Position numbers and translations under genes: made by a program. A stretch of 37,122 bases of DNA from a virus (taxonomy: Duplodnaviria > Caudoviricetes), in the IMG/VR virus record IMGVR_UViG_3300005611_000086, positions 1 to 37,122 of that record; one strand, 5' to 3'. Position 1 is the first letter of the stretch. Each line of letters begins with the position of its first letter. Of the stretch, positions 33,577-37,122 are shown piece after piece. Below the pieces are notes generated by a model. The model ran no database searches, was not told the DNA's origin, and was given only the letters and a program-made list of their open reading frames with translations.

Positions 33577-34990
33577 CCCCCACCATCTCCCTTATTTTCT
33601 CTGGAGCTTTCTCTTCAGACTGATTGATGATGTCCAAGAAATCACTGCCAAACTCGTCTTGGATAGCCTTGGTAGTAGGCTGTCTCATGACGAACTCCCC
33701 CTCAGTGAGAAGAACATCTTGCTCACCGTCTAATGATGCAGGAATCATGTCATCTCCACCAGACCCATCACCCATGCCTTCAACCATTCCCTTGTCGCCG
33801 TTGGCAAAGCGCTCAATGGTGTCATCAAGAACACCAGACTGCACTTTTTCTACAAGATCCTCCAAGGCTTCTTGACCGTACTTATCAAGGAATATTCCAA
33901 GAGCAATCTCTGGCGCATCAGACAGTCCCTTGATTGCCTTTACTGCCTCAACAATCACATCCTTTTCGTTCATGCCCTCTGGCGCCTCTACCTCACCACC
34001 CTCTGCAAAACCAATGGCGCCAAACCTAAGAAGAGGTGAAGCTCCAAAGCCTCTGTTAATTCTACCAAAGGGAGAGCCGCTTCTATTCAACGAAGGTGGC
34101 GGTGCAAATTGCACTTGAGCCGTTCTATTACCCCCGCCTCTATTGAACAGTTGCGCTTGTTCAAGCCCCTGAGGATCAAATAAAGGTTGAGCTAATTCTT
34201 TCAAAGGCCTTTGATAAGCAACATCTTGAATTTTATTAGGTGCTAGCTGGAACGCGTCTTGACCAAATGTATTTTTAGCTAAGGTTTCTACCTCTTGCAC
34301 AAACGGCTGAACCTTTTCTTTATTCGATTCAATCTGAGCCTGAGTAAGGAACCCAGCCATATTGTCCCCAAAGCTCTGGAATATAGGGTGAGAGCCAGAC
34401 ATAGACATTATCCCGCCACCACGCATACGCTTGACTGGATTGTAGTATGTAATCATCTCTTCCTCAGCACTGCTGTCCATATCTGTCTTGGGCTGATAAG
34501 ATTTGATGCGAGGCATGGGCGGTGGTACGTCCACCTTTTCCTTCTCTGGCATCTTCATGGTAGGTGGATTCATCGCACTGCCAACCAATGCAGCAGTGCC
34601 CACACCGGGAAGCACCGCGCCAGCTAACCCACCTTGTAAACTTTTATTTGTTACACTCTGTAGGAATGCGTTCTTACCGCCCTCTACTGCTGATGCATTG
34701 ATGGCAGCTTGAGCCGCGCCCTCTGTGCCACCGATTGCACCAGACAGTGCTGAGTTACCGCCACCAGTAAGCGCTCCCATAGCCTTACCGCTAAGACCTG
34801 CCACCAAACCAGTTTGGATTCCCTTACCTACATCACCTGTCTCAAGGAATGATCCCAAACCAGCGCCTATACCAGCCAGAGTTGGTGCGCTAAGTCCACC
34901 CAGAAAAGCGCCAGCAGCACCCAGTCCAGTGAATGCACCAGCCCCAGCTAAAGCAGGTAATCCAAATCCTAAGAGTAAGGGTAGAGCCAT
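33566..34990 (-). CDS. Putative internal virion protein
   Basis: Gly/Ala-rich hydrophobic N-terminus, FAEGG, C-terminal G.GDG..D.IPA.......LTEGEFV motif. Confidence 0.7.
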   Translation of the reverse strand: MALPLLLGFGLPALAGAGAFTGLGAAGAFLGGLSAPTLAGIGAGLGSFLETGDVGKGIQTGLVAGLSGKAMGALTGGGNSALSGAIGGTEGAAQAAINASAVEGGKNAFLQSVTNKSLQGGLAGAVLPGVGTAALVGSAMNPPTMKMPEKEKVDVPPPMPRIKSYQPKTDMDSSAEEEMITYYNPVKRMRGGGIMSMSGSHPIFQSFGDNMAGFLTQAQIESNKEKVQPFVQEVETLAKNTFGQDAFQLAPNKIQDVAYQRPLKELAQPLFDPQGLEQAQLFNRGGGNRTAQVQFAPPPSLNRSGSPFGRINRGFGASPLLRFGAIGFAEGGEVEAPEGMNEKDVIVEAVKAIKGLSDAPEIALGIFLDKYGQEALEDLVEKVQSGVLDDTIERFANGDKGMVEGMGDGSGGDDMIPASLDGEQDVLLTEGEFVMRQPTTKAIQDEFGSDFLDIINQSEEKAPEKIREMVGVES

Positions 34991-35047
34991 CTGTTTACCT
35001 CAAAGTTTTGTAGATCATAGCATCTACATCGTAAAAGTTCAATTGAA

Positions 35048-35521
35048 CTAATCTATCAGTTCAAAGTGCGGTCCATCAATGAAGGGCCTGCGTCCTTGGC
35101 TCCTTCTTAAATCTATGTAGGCATTCATTGCCTCTTCCATTGTGCCTTCCCATTTGCGGATATCCATTGGGTATGGCATGTCAGGTGTGCCCCAAGCAGC
35201 GCCCCAACAAACAGGAACTCCCAGTTGTGTTGCAGCCTCTTTAATTGCATCCGCAAGGTCATCATAGAGCGAGAGTTCCCAACTCGCCCTGCCATTTATG
35301 AACGCCATGATATCGAATGCCTTACCCTCAAGGTGCTTAGACTTCATGGTTTTGCTGGCACCTTTGGCAACTAATTCTTTCTGCTGCTCAATGGTTCTCA
35401 TACCTTGCACTACACCAAAATCGGTCTTGGTCAACGTAATAGCCATTTTGACTACAGATTGTAGTCGCTCATCAATCCCCTCAAGCCTATCAAGGCTACG
35501 TCTGCTAAGTTTAAAGCTCAT
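35048..35521 (-). CDS. Endolysin, peptidase M15 (L-Ala-D-Glu peptidase-like)
   Basis: Start MSFKLSRRSLDRLEG at 35521 (RBS GAGG); GMRT..QQ, SKHLEGKAFD, WGAAW, DGPHFEL. Confidence 0.9.
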   Translation of the reverse strand: MSFKLSRRSLDRLEGIDERLQSVVKMAITLTKTDFGVVQGMRTIEQQKELVAKGASKTMKSKHLEGKAFDIMAFINGRASWELSLYDDLADAIKEAATQLGVPVCWGAAWGTPDMPYPMDIRKWEGTMEEAMNAYIDLRRSQGRRPFIDGPHFELID

Positions 35522-35522
35522 A

Positions 35523-35912
35523 TCATTTCCTCTTAAATAATGCTTGTGCCCCACGCACACCAAAACTGGCTGAAATTGCAATTCCAAGGCTGTAAAAATA
35601 CCAGTCCGGTGCTTTTGAAAGCTGCTCAAACCCACGATCAACCCAGCCTTCAGCACCGGGGATAAACGCTAAAATCAGCGGAATAGACAGGACAATAACG
35701 AACCATGCGTCCTTCCAACTGGATTTTGCGCCCTCTGCCATGATGCGTTCCCAGTCGGCAACGCTTGTCTTTTCAGACAAAAGTATCTGGGCTTTCGCTT
35801 TCGCCTCAGTAAGCTTTAACTCCGCTTCAGCGGCGTTCTTATCGGCCTTACCCTGCAACCATGATCCAGCAAGGTTAGCTATCGGCCCTAGTGCAGCGGT
35901 GAAGATACTCAT
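35523..35912 (-). CDS. Holin (3TM gene-transfer-release type)
   Basis: SSWKD.W, hydrophobic segments, PDWY...IAISASFGVRG; directly upstream of the endolysin. Confidence 0.75.
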   Translation of the reverse strand: MSIFTAALGPIANLAGSWLQGKADKNAAEAELKLTEAKAKAQILLSEKTSVADWERIMAEGAKSSWKDAWFVIVLSIPLILAFIPGAEGWVDRGFEQLSKAPDWYFYSLGIAISASFGVRGAQALFKRK

Positions 35913-36820
35913 ACACTCTGTCCTTGTATCATCCCACGACCACGTTCATACTCGTCGTTCATCATCTGCCTACCACCTAACCTGTAGTAGTTTTCCGCAG
36001 CGTAACGCATGGCAGGGCTGATGTTAGACCTATCGGCTAGTCCCATAATGCCTCTTAGCTGTGGCGGCATGTTGGGCATCGGGCGATAAGGCGGTAGCAT
36101 TGGCATCTGTGGAGGTGGCGGTAGCATTGGCATTTGTGGAGGTGGCGGAGCTGGCGGCGTAGGTTGGGTGCCCGCTGTTGGTGGCATTATGCCACCGCCT
36201 TGCTCTTGTTGCATACGCATACGGTTACGCAAGAATGCGTTGTTTGGGTTAAAGATGGTTGACTCTGGGTCCGTTGCATCAGGCGCATTGGGGTCTGTAA
36301 TAGTAGGCGCTGGTCCACCAGAACTAACAGACATTTGACCATCTGCGCCTCTTGTAAATCCATACTGCTGACCTCTGGCATAATCTGCTTGAGACATGCC
36401 TGTGCCCATGAAATCTTGGTCTGCCCTACGTTTTGCTTCACGGGTTCTATATAGATAGGTATCTAACTCTGCTTGCGCGGCTTTTCCTTCTGGAGAATTT
36501 GGGTCAAGCTCTGGATCAATACCCATCTCATTGCCCGTAAACATGTTAAAGAAGCCTTGAGTTCCGTATGAGCGGTCCTTCATGGCGTCATAATATGGAC
36601 TCGTTGAACCGGGGTAACGTGGGATTGCAGTGCCGGGTCTTACTGGAGGTCTTACATCTCTACCTGTTGGTGCGCGGCTAATGCCCTTATCTTCACGATA
36701 CCTGTCAGCTTCATCACGCCCTCTGGTGGCCTCTATACTATCAGCGGTTCTTTGGTCGTAGCCAGCAGGTTTATCTTTAGAAATGCCAAGGCCGTATGAG
36801 ATATCATCGAAAAGTCCCAT
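35909..36820 (-). CDS. Pro/Met/Gly-rich hypothetical protein
   Basis: 303 aa; low complexity; 27-bp duplication (36090-36143) encoding PPPPQMPML x2; coupled to neighbours. Confidence 0.75.
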   Translation of the reverse strand: MGLFDDISYGLGISKDKPAGYDQRTADSIEATRGRDEADRYREDKGISRAPTGRDVRPPVRPGTAIPRYPGSTSPYYDAMKDRSYGTQGFFNMFTGNEMGIDPELDPNSPEGKAAQAELDTYLYRTREAKRRADQDFMGTGMSQADYARGQQYGFTRGADGQMSVSSGGPAPTITDPNAPDATDPESTIFNPNNAFLRNRMRMQQEQGGGIMPPTAGTQPTPPAPPPPQMPMLPPPPQMPMLPPYRPMPNMPPQLRGIMGLADRSNISPAMRYAAENYYRLGGRQMMNDEYERGRGMIQGQSV

Positions 36821-37029
36821 TACTTAGCCCCCGCTTCTTTGCTCATCCAGATGCCAAAGCAGCCTGTGAGTGCGCCCATGCAGACGGATACCAGACCCGC
36901 TGATTGCGTGGTGTGCGCCTCTGGTGGTAAGCCCATAAACCAATGCACTGCCTGATAGGTCAGCACCGTTACAACAAACATCATCAGGCGGGGAAACACC
37001 TTCCATTCATCTATCATATTCTTAGCCAT
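36820..37029 (-). CDS. Small two-TM membrane protein
   Basis: W..FPRLMM...WFM.L....QSAGLVSVCMGALTG.FGIW; RBS AGGAG. Confidence 0.8.
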   Translation of the reverse strand: MAKNMIDEWKVFPRLMMFVVTVLTYQAVHWFMGLPPEAHTTQSAGLVSVCMGALTGCFGIWMSKEAGAK

Positions 37030-37038
37030 GTCAGTCTC

Positions 37039-37122
37039 CTACGTCGATACCGCTGCCCGTGTATCAACACGCAGCCAATTAGATCCATCACCAAACGCAA
37101 CAACGGGGCTACCTGCTGCCCC
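37039..37122 (-). CDS. 3' end of a probable tail-associated protein (partial)
   Basis: ...GAAGSPVVAFGDGSNWLRVDTRAAVST* with stop at 37039-37041. Confidence 0.55.
   Translation of the reverse strand, partial: GAAGSPVVAFGDGSNWLRVDTRAAVST

Noticed and set aside
2424-35048. Dispersed palindrome as a LexA/SOS box
   Set aside because: The alphaproteobacterial box is the direct repeat GTTC-N7-GTTC and the Gram-positive box is GAAC-N4-GTTC. Here the order is GTTC-N4-GAAC and most copies are at gene ends, not promoters.
35522-35656. 44-aa N-terminal extension of the endolysin in the ORF track
   Set aside because: It overlaps the holin out of frame. The ATG at 35521 has an RBS and matches the usual M15 endolysin start.

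Overview
This window is part of a tailed dsDNA phage genome, most likely a marine podovirus-type phage. An alphaproteobacterial host is inferred from gene content, not shown. Layout from left to right: (i) minus-strand packaging genes (portal running off the left edge, TerL, TerS), with a 4-gene plus-strand cassette wedged between terL and portal; (ii) a plus-strand early region (about 5.0-13.5 kb) that opens with a ~330-nt highly structured non-coding leader and carries many small ORFs, a MoxR-like AAA ATPase/VWA-metallopeptidase pair, HTH proteins and a SleB-like hydrolase; (iii) a replication/recombination module (Twinkle/T7-gp4-like primase-helicase, RusA, PD-(D/E)XK nuclease, Sak-type annealing protein, SSB-like, AlpA-like, ParB-like); (iv) the end of a minus-strand late operon (holin, M15 endolysin, repeat-rich internal virion proteins and a 2816-aa polyvalent protein). 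The most notable feature is the giant gene. It reads as a polyprotein of effector domains (zincin peptidase, RelA/SpoT-like synthetase, Ogg2/HhH-like glycosylase, PBECR-like RNase, LPD38) separated by a recurring K-x-S motif. Two of its linkers appear to be overprinted with small nested genes (one antisense with its own RBS, one same-strand +1 frame), each directly after a putatively toxic domain, which makes them candidate built-in antitoxins. Also notable are a dispersed palindrome GTKC-N4-GMAC (about 12 copies), two inverted homologous iteron-like elements 12 kb apart, and a candidate ncRNA. All protein calls come from motif recognition by eye; no searches were run.
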